From an uncultured Veillonellaceae bacterium (GTDB lineage Bacteria; Bacillota; Negativicutes; JARBTT01): a DNA stretch of 64,000 nt. The notes beneath the pieces are model-generated. The model made no database searches and was not told the DNA's origin. It saw only the letters and a program-made list of their open reading frames with translations. Both the position numbers and the translations under genes were made by a program. The DNA is taken from positions 2,048,001-2,112,000 of the forward strand of contig CAWDTA010000002.1 in the NCBI GenBank assembly GCA_963805085.1. Reading direction: 5' to 3'. Below are positions 28,802-39,316 of this stretch, one piece after another (the stretch's first letter is position 1; each line of letters starts with the position of its first letter).

Positions 28802-30844
28802 TTACTTGGACGGCGCGCAATCAAATAATTGTCGTGAGCGTAAGGCAAACATTGCAGTAGCAGGCTGCTGAACATCTGTATCTGTCGATGCATCAGTGGG
28901 CTGGGGCTCTTGCCAAAGTTCAGAAGGCACTTCTTTGCCATGAGAAGTAATCCAAGTATTTAATTCTGGCTGTGATTTAGTGAACATGGAAGAAATCAGA
29001 ACGTAACGTACTTTACCCTCGTTTACCATCTGCTCGAAATCCGCAGCAGAAAGAATATGTTCCATGCCCACAAATCCACCGATAGCCATAACAGCTTGGC
29101 CCGTATCTAGGATAAATTGGGAAGCTTCGTTAGCATTGCTTACTGCTAAAAAAAACTTTTCCCCGTTCTTATTATCCATTAAGAACTTTTCAAGTTTAAC
29201 TGTATCGGAATCCCTATTACTACTACTTGACAGCTTAGGCATAGCCATACCCCGGACGTTTTGTTGTACTACTTTGGGATCAAGGTCTGGGCCAGCGTAG
29301 GGAAGAACCGAACTACCGCCGTAAATGATTGGGGTCAATGCCCAGACTACCTGAGGAATAAAGACTGTAATGACTGCAATCGCCATCGATGTACGCAGCA
29401 AAGTAGGTCGGCGCAGCGCGTATAGCAGCAAACTCAGAGCAATTATACTAGCGAATCCGAGCACTGGAAGTAGCCAGTATCGCCATTCATCAAACTGCCA
29501 GACCATCGCTGCCTCAACCGCCAGATTTAACGTTAATGCTAACGGTATGAACCAGCGATTACGGCTACTTGGCTGAAATATGTCAAAGAGTTCTTTTAGC
29601 CCAATACCAACTAAGGCTGCTAACGCTGGAGCCATCATTACAAGATAATATCGGTGATAATCCACTGCAATACTAAAGAAAATTAATTGTGGCAGCAACC
29701 ATCCCCCCCAGAGAAGCAGGGAAATCGTCTTAGCTCGCCCATTAGAGGAATAATCAGACCGCCTCTGCATCGCGCCCGTAAAGAAACCGATTAGGCCCAA
29801 AGGCAAAAGCCAGCTGATTTGTCCACCGATTTGACGTTGAAATAACCTTAAGATACCCGGATTTCCAGTCTCAAAAGAGAAAGAGGCCACTCCGTCTCCA
29901 ATTGAACTCGGTCCACCAAAACCGTCAGCTATTGGCATTGGACCTGGTGTCCCCGGACCGCCTGCAGGATTCGATACTGTTGGTCCAGATGCAGTCCCAC
30001 TTGTATTTCCAGATACTGGTGCACGACTTTGTGGTGTAACTCCCGGTATCTGTACACCTTTGCCAAGGAAATGCATAAGACCATTGTAACCGGTTGCCAA
30101 TTCCAATTCAGAATTAGTTTCACTGCTGCCGACATAGGGACGCTGGCTTTCCGGAGTCAGATCAACTAATAGTGACCACGATAAGGCCACCACCACCAGC
30201 AGCACCGTAGCTCCCCCCAGATTCAATAATCTGTATATTACACTGCGTCCTCCAGCTACAAGGTAAACTAGCCATAAGGCTGGCAAAACAAGAAAAGCTT
30301 CCAACGTCTTGATATTATAGGCTAGCCCCAAGATAAACATGGAAAGATAAAGCCATCTGATCTCATTCCGTTCGACCGCGATAATCATGGCCCAGGCAGC
30401 GAACAGTACCGTCATTGTCAGAAGACTATCAATCGTATTATTACGATTGGCCGCTACTGCTATTGGCATCACTGCTAGGGTAAATGCTGCCGACAACCCG
30501 GCTTTGTTTCCCCAATGACGTTTCACAAGATAGTAGATAATCGCCACTGATAGTATCCCGGCCAGACCTTGTGGAAAAATAATACTCCATCCGTAAAAAC
30601 CGAAAAAATAGGCGCTGAGGGTCTGTAGCCAAAAGCCCAATGGTGGTTTATCCACGGAAATGAAGCCCCCAGGATCAAAAGAGACAAAAAATAAATTGTG
30701 AGTATTCATCAGCATACTCTTAATACTTGCGGCGTAGTATAAATTGGCAAAGCCCTCTTGATTGATTCGCAAGAAATTCATTAATGCTGCTAATAACAGT
30801 ATCGAAATAAGCCATACTTTATCCTGAGATTCTCTTTTTATCAT
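28802..30844 (-). CDS. GT39/ArnT-like membrane glycosyltransferase (YkcB/YycA-like)
   Basis: YYAASIKSM..SFDPGGFISVDKPPLG, RNNTIDS, RPYVGSS and GYNG motifs; many TM segments. Confidence 0.9.
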   Translation of the reverse strand: MIKRESQDKVWLISILLLAALMNFLRINQEGFANLYYAASIKSMLMNTHNLFFVSFDPGGFISVDKPPLGFWLQTLSAYFFGFYGWSIIFPQGLAGILSVAIIYYLVKRHWGNKAGLSAAFTLAVMPIAVAANRNNTIDSLLTMTVLFAAWAMIIAVERNEIRWLYLSMFILGLAYNIKTLEAFLVLPALWLVYLVAGGRSVIYRLLNLGGATVLLVVVALSWSLLVDLTPESQRPYVGSSETNSELELATGYNGLMHFLGKGVQIPGVTPQSRAPVSGNTSGTASGPTVSNPAGGPGTPGPMPIADGFGGPSSIGDGVASFSFETGNPGILRLFQRQIGGQISWLLPLGLIGFFTGAMQRRSDYSSNGRAKTISLLLWGGWLLPQLIFFSIAVDYHRYYLVMMAPALAALVGIGLKELFDIFQPSSRNRWFIPLALTLNLAVEAAMVWQFDEWRYWLLPVLGFASIIALSLLLYALRRPTLLRTSMAIAVITVFIPQVVWALTPIIYGGSSVLPYAGPDLDPKVVQQNVRGMAMPKLSSSSNRDSDTVKLEKFLMDNKNGEKFFLAVSNANEASQFILDTGQAVMAIGGFVGMEHILSAADFEQMVNEGKVRYVLISSMFTKSQPELNTWITSHGKEVPSELWQEPQPTDASTDTDVQQPATAMFALRSRQLFDCAPSK

Positions 30845-30963
30845 ATTATTTGCCTCCTTTGTACATATATAGTGTTAGCAAAACCATTTATTTTACCCTA
30901 GTGATTTACAAAAACTTTAGATTAAAAACAAAAAATGTGCATACTAAATGCGTCAATATAAAT

Positions 30964-31005
30964 TAATCTGACCCCAAAAAGTTAGACAAAAATTTATTAA
31001 GCAAC
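30964..31005. mobile_element. Isolated IS3/IS150-group terminal inverted repeat remnant
   Basis: TAATCTGACCCCAAAAAGTTAGACAAAAATTTATTAAGCAAC resembles IS150-group ends. Confidence 0.55.
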
Positions 31006-31338
31006 TACTCTTCGGGAGATTCTAACTCTGAAGGTTGCCACTGTGAAGTATGGATTCTTGTCATTGAGAAAGAGTAGATGTAAAGGCTGATTTTTTGATT
31101 TGATTAGTACACATTAGATAAAGTATATTTCTATATTGACTTATTGTTGACAATCCATATGGTCTTTTAATGTATGATTGGTTCCTCGTGGCATTTGCCT
31201 ATTTCTTAATGATTTAACAGTTATCCCTTTAACGTTTATGATGGTCTATCAATTCTCTGCATTATGAAAAATTTTTCCTGGAGCGTATAAGCACACCCGA
31301 ACATATAATACATGACTTGAGAGGGGGGATATTGTCAA

Positions 31339-32856
31339 ATGGAAAGATGGATGGAAGAATACCACAATAAGCCACCTGAATGCTATAAGAGATGCATTGA
31401 CTCTTTTAATGTTGAACACCGTATATATGAAGAAGTATGTTGCTACCATATGGTTCGCGTCTGTCCTCGCTGCGGCTCCGAACATGAGTATTATCATCGC
31501 CGTTGTCCGCACTGCGGTTTGGAAATATTTGAGTTGATGAAGATGGAACATCATGAAGGATTCATGCCTGGGTGCAAGCATGAGATGATGGAATATAAAA
31601 ATGAAATTGATACACAACTGCTTCCTTCAACAACAAGCCAAAAGGGGGCTTCTGTCAGGGACTTCTTTTTCAAAGATACATCATTTAATTTCGAAACGTT
31701 GCGTGCAGCTGGATTCGCGGTTGACAACGGCGCCGATATCAACGAAGTGTTCTTGACCGTTGCTGCAATCACGGAGGGCGATGAAGAAGCATGGATGCGG
31801 GAGTGGAAAGCCACCGCAGACCGTATGTATGAACGGGGTAAATATTCCTTCGTACATGGAGACAAGATTAGCGCACGGGAGGCACTCTTGCGTGCTTCGG
31901 CCTACTATCGCAGCGCTGAATTTTACCGTCGCAAGGATCCCCTAAACGATCCGTACGTTCCTGAGCTGTTCGGTCTTTCTCGCGAGGCTTTTGTGAAGGC
32001 GGGCAAACTGCTGGATGGCCCCTTCGAGGAAATCTCCATACCTTACGGCAAAGGCAAGCTTCCCGGATACCTGCTCCTCGTGGACGACAGCGGCAAGCCC
32101 CGGCCGACCCTTATCTATACCAATGGATTCGACTCGACGACTGAGGAAGGCTACTACGTTATTGGCGCAGCCGCGTTACGGCGCGGTTTCAACGTGATCA
32201 TGTATGACGGCCCCGGTACGGGTCGCATGATTCGCGAGAGGAATGTGCCCTACCGTCCGGACTGGGAAGCAGTGCTCGGTCCTGTCATGGATTTCGCTGA
32301 GACACGTCCTGAGGTCGATAAGTCCCAAATTGTGCTATTTGGGTATAGTTTGGGCGGATATCTTTGCGCTCGGACAGCGGCCTTTGATCATCGTCCGGCA
32401 GCCATCGTACTTGACGACGGTATGACGAGCTTTTTCGCGACGTATCCTCCGCTTCCGGAATTCCTCGTCGAGTGGATTAAAGCTGGACACGATGAGCAGG
32501 CGATACCCGTACTTGAATGGATCAAGAAGCACGACACCTACGCCCGCTGGGCGCTGCAGAATGGTGTGTGGGTGTTTGGCACTTCGAACGAACCGGAATA
32601 TATCCGTAAGAGCGAGCAGTTTACCCTCACAACTGAAGACATGCACAAGATCAAGTCCCCCGCTTTAATTCTTCAGGGAGAGAACGACCTTGTGTTCAAG
32701 GGGCAGGCAAGCAAGCTTGCGTCCGAACTAAAAGCTCCGCACAAGCATGTCGTGATGTGGAACGCTGATGGTGCAGGCGAGCACTGTCATATGGGCGCAA
32801 TGCGTCTGCTTCATCAGACCATCTTCGACTGGCTCCACACGACACTGGGCGCATAG
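31339..32856 (+). CDS. FrsA-like alpha/beta hydrolase with a Cys/His-rich N-terminal extension
   Basis: LRASAYYRSAEF, GFDST, DGPGTG, GYSLGG and GAGEHCHMG motifs; N-terminal CPRC..CPHC. Confidence 0.85.
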   Translation: MERWMEEYHNKPPECYKRCIDSFNVEHRIYEEVCCYHMVRVCPRCGSEHEYYHRRCPHCGLEIFELMKMEHHEGFMPGCKHEMMEYKNEIDTQLLPSTTSQKGASVRDFFFKDTSFNFETLRAAGFAVDNGADINEVFLTVAAITEGDEEAWMREWKATADRMYERGKYSFVHGDKISAREALLRASAYYRSAEFYRRKDPLNDPYVPELFGLSREAFVKAGKLLDGPFEEISIPYGKGKLPGYLLLVDDSGKPRPTLIYTNGFDSTTEEGYYVIGAAALRRGFNVIMYDGPGTGRMIRERNVPYRPDWEAVLGPVMDFAETRPEVDKSQIVLFGYSLGGYLCARTAAFDHRPAAIVLDDGMTSFFATYPPLPEFLVEWIKAGHDEQAIPVLEWIKKHDTYARWALQNGVWVFGTSNEPEYIRKSEQFTLTTEDMHKIKSPALILQGENDLVFKGQASKLASELKAPHKHVVMWNADGAGEHCHMGAMRLLHQTIFDWLHTTLGA

Positions 32857-32884
32857 CACAAGAAATAGATGAAGCTGCATAGAA

Positions 32885-33083
32885 AAGACAATTTGACGAT
32901 TCTATTTGCCTAAAATTACCATAGGTGAATATCTTATAAAAAGGCAACTCATTTAATCTACTTAATTGAGTTAAGCAAATAGGGCATGTACAAAATTCAA
33001 GAATAACTTGAATAGTACATCCTCTATTTGTTTATTTCTGGTTTGTCCGATCGCCCTACAAAATAATCAAGTGAAACATAAAA
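32885..33083. repeat. Degenerate palindrome R copy 8 plus hairpin A copy 5
   Basis: AAGACAATTTGACGATTCTATTTGCCTA; hairpin at 32973-33033. Confidence 0.7.
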
Positions 33084-33312
33084 CAAGGGGAAGATCAAAA
33101 CTTTAATTGGATAAGAGGTCAATTAGCGAGATATCTGATAGCTGATTTTCGGGGATCAGGCTGGGAAATATATCGAGATAGTATCCGCGAAGCCTGTTTG
33201 TAGGGTATTGATGCTTGTAAAAAAAAGATTTGAAAGTGAAAGCAGACAAGTTCACATATCACATTGGGGATCATAAAATAGATACTGAGTAAAAAATATA
33301 TTAAATGAAGGA

Positions 33313-33930
33313 ATGATATACATGCCTGAAGTTAATTATGTTCAGAACATATTTTCCAAAATATATGAAAAAAATCTGTGGGGTAATGGCTCAGGATGGG
33401 GTTCGCTAGAGATTAACACAAGAAGCTATCGGGAGTTTTTGCAAAAATTCTTTGCTGAAAACTCCATAAAATCTGTTGTGGATATAGGTTGTGGCGACTG
33501 GCAAATTGCAAAACTTATGAATTGGGACGGAATTAGTTATTTAGGTATTGATATAGTGGAATCAGTTATTAACGAAAATAAAAAGAGCTTTTCTAACACC
33601 AACATTGAATTTCGATGCTTAGATGTAGTACACGAAGAACAGCTACCGAAGGCAGATTTGATTATCGTAAAAGATGTCATACAGCATTGGCCTAATAAAG
33701 AAATTTTGGAATTTTTACCTAAACTATCTTCTTATAAATACGCATTAATTACAAATTGCGCATTAGGAAATTACATAAATTATGACATAAATTTTGGGTA
33801 TTTCCGCCCTCTTGATTTATGTGCACCGCCTTTTAATTGTAATTGTAAGAGAGTATTCTCATTTCCAGACAAGGCTGAGCAAAGTAATTGGCAAAAGGTT
33901 GTCTATTTGTTTCAATCAGCTAGAAAATAA
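33313..33930 (+). CDS. Class I SAM-dependent methyltransferase
   Basis: WGNGSGWGS, VVDIGCGDW and KDVIQHW motifs. Confidence 0.88.
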   Translation: MIYMPEVNYVQNIFSKIYEKNLWGNGSGWGSLEINTRSYREFLQKFFAENSIKSVVDIGCGDWQIAKLMNWDGISYLGIDIVESVINENKKSFSNTNIEFRCLDVVHEEQLPKADLIIVKDVIQHWPNKEILEFLPKLSSYKYALITNCALGNYINYDINFGYFRPLDLCAPPFNCNCKRVFSFPDKAEQSNWQKVVYLFQSARK

Positions 33931-34111
33931 AAAAGTCCTTGCGTGTGAGAGTAAACTCAAGAGTGCATTACCATTGGAGTTGTAGGATCCCTTGGTAATG
34001 CACGCTTGATGATGAATATAACTGTATGATGCTGATCTATTATCGGCAAGGCTTTTCCGTGAAGTTCGGCTGATTATGGAGACTTTGACTTGGGCACCGA
34101 CGAGGTGGTGA
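33928..34111 (+). pseudogene. Degenerate 3' half of module protein B
   Basis: KVLACESKLKSALPLEL*..TATTATCGGCAAGG..ACTTGGGCACCGACG. Confidence 0.8.
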
Positions 34112-34197
34112 ATTTTAGATAGTAAAGTATTATAACTTGCATAATGTATATACGAAGTATATACTATGGTTATAAAATAATTAGGCAGGTGTTTTCT

Positions 34198-34443
34198 ATG
34201 ATTATTAGTCTTTCGAAATGGGGCAACAGTCATGCAATTCGTTTACCGAAAGAACTTATGGAAAAAGCGGAGCTTAGTGCAAATGATAAAATTGTAGTAT
34301 CTGTTAATGGCAAGGAAATTGTGTTAAAGAAATTAGAAGAAAGTCATAGTGCAAAGCTGGTTCAAAGATTTCAAAACTATGATGGTGATTATACGTGTCA
34401 AGAGCTAGAGTCTGGGAGCGACATTGGTAAAGAGGTGTTCTAA
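34198..34443 (+). CDS. mazE: AbrB/MazE-family antitoxin
   Basis: KWGNSHAIRLPK..GKEVF. Confidence 0.92.
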   Translation: MIISLSKWGNSHAIRLPKELMEKAELSANDKIVVSVNGKEIVLKKLEESHSAKLVQRFQNYDGDYTCQELESGSDIGKEVF

Positions 34444-34778
34444 TGAAGCAGTATCCGCAAACGGGGGATATTATTTGGCTTGATTTTGATCCGCAGAGTG
34501 GTGTTGAGATTAAAAAGATGCGTCCTGCATTGGTTGTATCATGTAATTTCTTTAATGAAAAAATCGGCCTTACTATGGTTTGTCCGATTACTTCTACACA
34601 AAAGGTTTTTCCTTTACATGTAGCATTAGATTCTCGAACAGAGACACATGGCGATATTTTATGTGAACAGTTAAAATCCTTGGATTATCATGCACGTTCA
34701 TGGGATTTTATTGAGCGAGCACCAGATGATATCGTGGACTGTGTGCTTGAAATTATTGGTGACATTATCGGCAGATAA
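34443..34778 (+). CDS. mazF: MazF/PemK endoribonuclease toxin
   Basis: GDIIWLDFDPQSGVEIKKMRPALVVS, CPITS and CEQLKSLD motifs; translationally coupled to mazE. Confidence 0.93.
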   Translation: MKQYPQTGDIIWLDFDPQSGVEIKKMRPALVVSCNFFNEKIGLTMVCPITSTQKVFPLHVALDSRTETHGDILCEQLKSLDYHARSWDFIERAPDDIVDCVLEIIGDIIGR

Positions 34779-34789
34779 ATAGTGATAAA

Positions 34790-34825
34790 TAGACTAAGTG
34801 GCGCTTCTCTTTGTCTCAATTTACC
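34790..34825 (+). repeat. Palindrome R copy 9 (variant)
   Basis: TAGACTAAGTGGCGCTTCTCTTTGTCTCAATTTACC. Confidence 0.75.
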
Positions 34826-34879
34826 TCCACCATCTAAAATTGGATTTTTTACAATAATAAGATTAGTCAGGGAGAACCT

Positions 34880-36481
34880 TTACCTGAATGAAGTTATAAA
34901 AGAGTTAAATAATACTCTGGTATCATATTGGTATTGATTCATAGGAACGACTTCTTTGCTTAATTTGAGGAGAGAATAAACAGCCATTTGGGCTGATCGC
35001 ACCGAATATTCTACTGTAAAAACAACATCGTCAGGTATTTCAGCGAACTGCCCAAGGAATGCGAGATTTGTTGACCCTTTTGGTACGACATCAGGTCTAT
35101 CACCTTTTGCTCTTGGCATAAACTGACTTGTTATGAATGGCATCATGCACGGAATACAGTTAGATGTCTTGAGGATTAACGGTAAGTCTTCATTGAATCT
35201 GAGATGAGAGCACAGCTCAGTAAGTATTTCTTCACCGGTGCATTCCGACATTTTTTTTGGTATATAGTTACCTATTTTATTAGGGAATAAGCTATATCCC
35301 CAAAAGACTTTGATGTTTTCAGGCTGATTCATAAAATGCGGTTGATATGCCAAAACAATCGACATAAACCAATTTGAGTCTTTAAAAGTAACCAAAGCTC
35401 CTGTTCCAGGTGTATTACCAGAGAATTTTTCCATTAAATCAAAGAATATTGGATCTTTACAAGTAACCGTAAACGATTCCCATAGTGATTCAGCAATATG
35501 ATCTGCGAAAGCAGAAGGATTGCCCAAATCAGGCTGTTTCTTTACGATATTCTCCCATAGCTTGAATGAAGCTCCCTTAGATCCAAGACTAGGAGCAGAG
35601 GTCATAGATCCGAGGCTGTAACCTTCTGTCATAGAACCATTGGTGACAAAAACCATGTCGGTATTTTTAATCTCAATGTCCTTTTGTTTTCCATCATTAA
35701 TATAATGAATACGTTCGACGGTCTTTTCATTTTGAGATGCTTTAAAATCTAGGTCAGTTACTCGACAATTCATTTCAAAGTTGACGCCTTGTGCTCCTAG
35801 CCATTTTATAAGAGGTAATATTATAGAATCATATTGGTTGTATGGCGTGCGGGTTACGCCTTCTAAAGTTTGAATACGAGGAAATTCATGTATAAATCTA
35901 AGCAGATATCGTTTAAATTCTACTGCGCTATGCCAAGGTTGAAATGCAAAAGTGGTAGCCCACATATACCAAAAGGGTGTTTGGAAGAATGAGGGTGAAA
36001 AGCATTTGTCAATTGTTAATGTTCCTAGGACATCTTCAGGCGTTATTGTGAGTTTCATTAAATCGATCCGGTCTTTGTTGCTAAAACCCATAGAGGATAC
36101 ATTAACTATTTTCCCATTTTCATCTACTAGCCTAGCTTTAGCTTGAGTTCTAACTTTTGTATCAAATTCAACGATTTCGTCTCTCACTGATTTTTGGGGA
36201 TCGCTAATGGAAGGAATGAATTTTAGCAGTTCCCAAGTACATTCATAAGCTTCGTCATTCAACATTCTGCCGCCACGAACGACATAACCCTTTTCAGGTG
36301 AGCCTATACCATCACAACTTCCACCAGTTATTTTCATTTCTTCAAAAATGGTTATATTCTTTCCTGGAATATGACCATCTCTAATCAAATAGACAGCAGC
36401 AGCGAGTGAGCCAACGCCAGCTCCAACGAAATACGCGTTTATTTCATTCCTTACACCAGTTGTTTGGTAAGCATTTGTCAT
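34880..36481 (-). CDS. ohyA: Oleate hydratase (MCRA family)
   Basis: GAGVGSLAAAVYLIRD, GGSCDG, RGGRM, YNQYDS and VFTVEYSVR motifs. Confidence 0.93.
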   Translation of the reverse strand: MTNAYQTTGVRNEINAYFVGAGVGSLAAAVYLIRDGHIPGKNITIFEEMKITGGSCDGIGSPEKGYVVRGGRMLNDEAYECTWELLKFIPSISDPQKSVRDEIVEFDTKVRTQAKARLVDENGKIVNVSSMGFSNKDRIDLMKLTITPEDVLGTLTIDKCFSPSFFQTPFWYMWATTFAFQPWHSAVEFKRYLLRFIHEFPRIQTLEGVTRTPYNQYDSIILPLIKWLGAQGVNFEMNCRVTDLDFKASQNEKTVERIHYINDGKQKDIEIKNTDMVFVTNGSMTEGYSLGSMTSAPSLGSKGASFKLWENIVKKQPDLGNPSAFADHIAESLWESFTVTCKDPIFFDLMEKFSGNTPGTGALVTFKDSNWFMSIVLAYQPHFMNQPENIKVFWGYSLFPNKIGNYIPKKMSECTGEEILTELCSHLRFNEDLPLILKTSNCIPCMMPFITSQFMPRAKGDRPDVVPKGSTNLAFLGQFAEIPDDVVFTVEYSVRSAQMAVYSLLKLSKEVVPMNQYQYDTRVLFNSFITSFR

Positions 36482-36606
36482 TTTCGTGCCTCCTGTTTGT
36501 TTAACATATAACTATTATGTGTACACGCCGATAATCCTATGCGCCATACATGCTCATAGACTGGTAGTACCTGAGGTAAGGAGGCTATTCAAATAATAAT
36601 GGATAA

Positions 36607-36750
36607 TAGACTAAGTGGCGCGCTTTTCCTTGTCTCAATTTACCATAAGCAAGCGCATTGTTTAGGAGGGAATTTGTTAAATAAATAGAGCATGTACAAA
36701 GCTCAAGAATAACTTGAATTGTACATGCTCTATTTGTTTATTTCTGGTTT
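36607..36750. repeat. Palindrome R copy 10 plus hairpin A copy 6
   Basis: TAGACTAAGTGGCGCGCTTTTCCTTGTCTCAATTTACC; hairpin at 36679-36739. Confidence 0.8.
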
Positions 36751-36906
36751 CCCTTATTATTCAGAAAATGATAAATGAAAAGTAAAATTAGTCTGCTGCT
36801 TTTTAGGTCAACAATTTGAATTGATGCAGTCCGGATAATAAAGAATAGACTAGTGGTATAGCAAGTGAAAAAATAACCATAATAAAAAGTAAGTATATAG
36901 TGAAAG

Positions 36907-38139
36907 ATGATGATAAAAATAGCTAAAAAAATAGTCGTTATAGGTAGTGGGATTGCAGCAGTGACAGCAATCAAAGCAATTATAGAAATAGATTCAGATT
37001 CAGAGATATGTTTAATTGGAGAAGAAAAATTCTATCCTTATAATCGAATAAGGTTGTCAAAAGGGATATTTGATGAGCTCAATGAAAATAATATCTTGCT
37101 TCAAAAGAAAGAATGGTATGAAGATAACAACGTCAAGGTATATCTTGATACCAGAGCAACAAGTGTTAGTGCAGATTGTCAGGAAGTAGTATTATCTAAT
37201 GGCAGTAAGGTTACGTACGATAAATTGCTTTTGGCAAATGGGTCTGCGAATACTATACCGCCAATTGATGGTATAGGTAAGGATGGTATTTATACTTTAA
37301 GAGGGCTTAAGGATGCTTTAAATATAAAAAAAAGACTTGAGAAAAGTGAAAAGGTAGTGATTATTGGTGGTGGTATACAGGGATTAGAAATAGCCTGGAT
37401 ATTACATCAACATGGTAAAAAAGTTATCATCGTTGAATTACTATCCAGAGTTATGTACAACCAAATAGATGATGAAGCATCAAAAATATTAAGAAATACA
37501 ATAGAAAGTTACGGAATCAAAGTACTTACTGATAAAGCGGTAAAAAAAATCGTAGGTGGCGAAAGCGTTGAAAAAATTGTTATAGATGAAAATACAGAAT
37601 TAAACTGTGATATTGCAATTTATTCAACGGGAATTAAGCCTAATATAGATTTAGTTGCAAATACTAGAATAGAAACAGCAAGAGGTATATTAGTAAATAA
37701 TAAGATGGAAACCAATATAAAAAACATTTATGCAGCAGGTGATATTGCCGAATTTAATCATAGAGTCCCAGGTCTATGGAATATAGCAATAGCACAAGGA
37801 AAAGTTGCTGGATACAATATTTGTGGTAAAGAAACACTATATGAAAATATTACTCCAGTGACTACATTAAATGCCTTTGGAATTTCTTTATTTTCGATGG
37901 GGCGCATAGAGCAAACGCAGTTTACAAAAATGCTAATTAACCAAGGTTCTGGTACAGGTGATTATAAGAAAATATTTGTAAGTGATAATAAAATAGTAGG
38001 GGCAATCGTAATAGGTGATACAAAAAAATCACCATTACTCAAATCAGCCATAGAACAAGAGGTAACATTTTCTGACGCAGAACTATCTGAACGATCTGCT
38101 GATGAATTGTTAGAGCAGTTAAAAAATAGTTATAAATAA
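36907..38139 (+). CDS. NAD(P)H/FAD-dependent oxidoreductase (rubredoxin-reductase/NirB N-terminal type)
   Basis: GSGIAA, YNRIRL, GGGIQGLE and YAAGDIAE motifs. Confidence 0.9.
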   Translation: MMIKIAKKIVVIGSGIAAVTAIKAIIEIDSDSEICLIGEEKFYPYNRIRLSKGIFDELNENNILLQKKEWYEDNNVKVYLDTRATSVSADCQEVVLSNGSKVTYDKLLLANGSANTIPPIDGIGKDGIYTLRGLKDALNIKKRLEKSEKVVIIGGGIQGLEIAWILHQHGKKVIIVELLSRVMYNQIDDEASKILRNTIESYGIKVLTDKAVKKIVGGESVEKIVIDENTELNCDIAIYSTGIKPNIDLVANTRIETARGILVNNKMETNIKNIYAAGDIAEFNHRVPGLWNIAIAQGKVAGYNICGKETLYENITPVTTLNAFGISLFSMGRIEQTQFTKMLINQGSGTGDYKKIFVSDNKIVGAIVIGDTKKSPLLKSAIEQEVTFSDAELSERSADELLEQLKNSYK

Positions 38140-38152
38140 TGGAGGGTAAGTA

Positions 38153-38377
38153 ATGACAGAAATAAAATTTTGCGAGAACAACTTTAGCTTTAAAACAGAA
38201 GAAACAATGAAAAAACTAAAGGAAAACTTTAGTGATGCCTCTATATCAGTCGAATCGTGTTTAGGGTATTGTGGAGATTGTGCAGTTGCCCCATATGCTT
38301 TAGTAAATGATGAATTGGTACAGGCTGATACAGCTGATGAATTATTTGAAAAAATAAAAAAAGATATAAATAAGTAA
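38153..38377 (+). CDS. DUF1450/YuzB-like small Cys protein
   Basis: FCENN..CLGYCGDC..PYALVN. Confidence 0.8.
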   Translation: MTEIKFCENNFSFKTEETMKKLKENFSDASISVESCLGYCGDCAVAPYALVNDELVQADTADELFEKIKKDINK

Positions 38378-38443
38378 ATCTGATTAAGTTTAGTTGAATT
38401 TCAGAGTTATCATTTTTAAATAAACAAAAATGGAGGAGATAGT

Positions 38444-38650
38444 ATGATAAGAGTTTGCCCAACTTGTTCAAATGTGGATGTTGATAAATTAGAGGAATTG
38501 GTGCCAGACAATGTAGAGGTGGAATGTATTGGTGAGTGCGGCCAGCATGAAGGTAAAAGTTTTGGCTATATAAATGATGAATTGGTGATAAAAGATAGCG
38601 AGCAAGAAATTTTCGAAGCGGTGAAATCGATGCAGGAGTTTTCAAAATAA
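38444..38650 (+). CDS. DUF1450-like small Cys protein
   Basis: RVCPTC..CIGEC..GYINDELV. Confidence 0.7.
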   Translation: MIRVCPTCSNVDVDKLEELVPDNVEVECIGECGQHEGKSFGYINDELVIKDSEQEIFEAVKSMQEFSK

Positions 38651-38688
38651 CGAAGGAGCAGTATACGTGATGCAGGGGGAATGATAAA

Positions 38689-39186
38689 GTGGATTGTAAA
38701 AAAATTCAAGATTCTGCAGTAATTATGTCGATTGTTATGCTTCCTCATCAAGCAAATGTGGCGGGTAATGTCCATGGCGGTGAAATTATGAAGCTTATGG
38801 ATAATGCAGCTTATGTGGTTGCTCATAGACATGCTCGTGCTAACGTTGTAACAGCAAGGGTCGACGAATTAACCTTCCACCATCCTATACTTGTGGGAAA
38901 TTTAGTGATTTGCCATGCCAATCTCACCTTTGCCGGAACATCTTCTATGGAAGTGTCTGTCGTAGTTGAGGTTGAAGATTTGTATAAAGATTCTTCACGC
39001 AAATGTGCCTTATCGGCATACTTTACGATGGTTGCGTTGAATGCAGGTGGACACTCAATGAAAGTTCCTTCTTTAGAATTGATCACAGAAGAAGAAAAAA
39101 TCCATTTTGCTGAAGGTAAAAAAAGATACGAGGAACACAAAGGTAAAGTAAAAGACTGTCATGTGCCACAATACTATCAGCCTTAG
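38689..39186 (+). CDS. HotDog acyl-CoA thioesterase
   Basis: PHQANVAGNVHGGEIMKLMD and VVTARVD motifs. Confidence 0.9.
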   Translation: MDCKKIQDSAVIMSIVMLPHQANVAGNVHGGEIMKLMDNAAYVVAHRHARANVVTARVDELTFHHPILVGNLVICHANLTFAGTSSMEVSVVVEVEDLYKDSSRKCALSAYFTMVALNAGGHSMKVPSLELITEEEKIHFAEGKKRYEEHKGKVKDCHVPQYYQP

Positions 39187-39316
39187 GATTGGTTGTTTTA
39201 CTTTGAAAAGTACATGGATATATAATTTCTATTTGTAATAGCTGAAATAAATTCATTTAAGTATGCTCAAAATAATGCAGATAACTCTGGTATATATATA
39301 TAATTTGGAGGTACGT

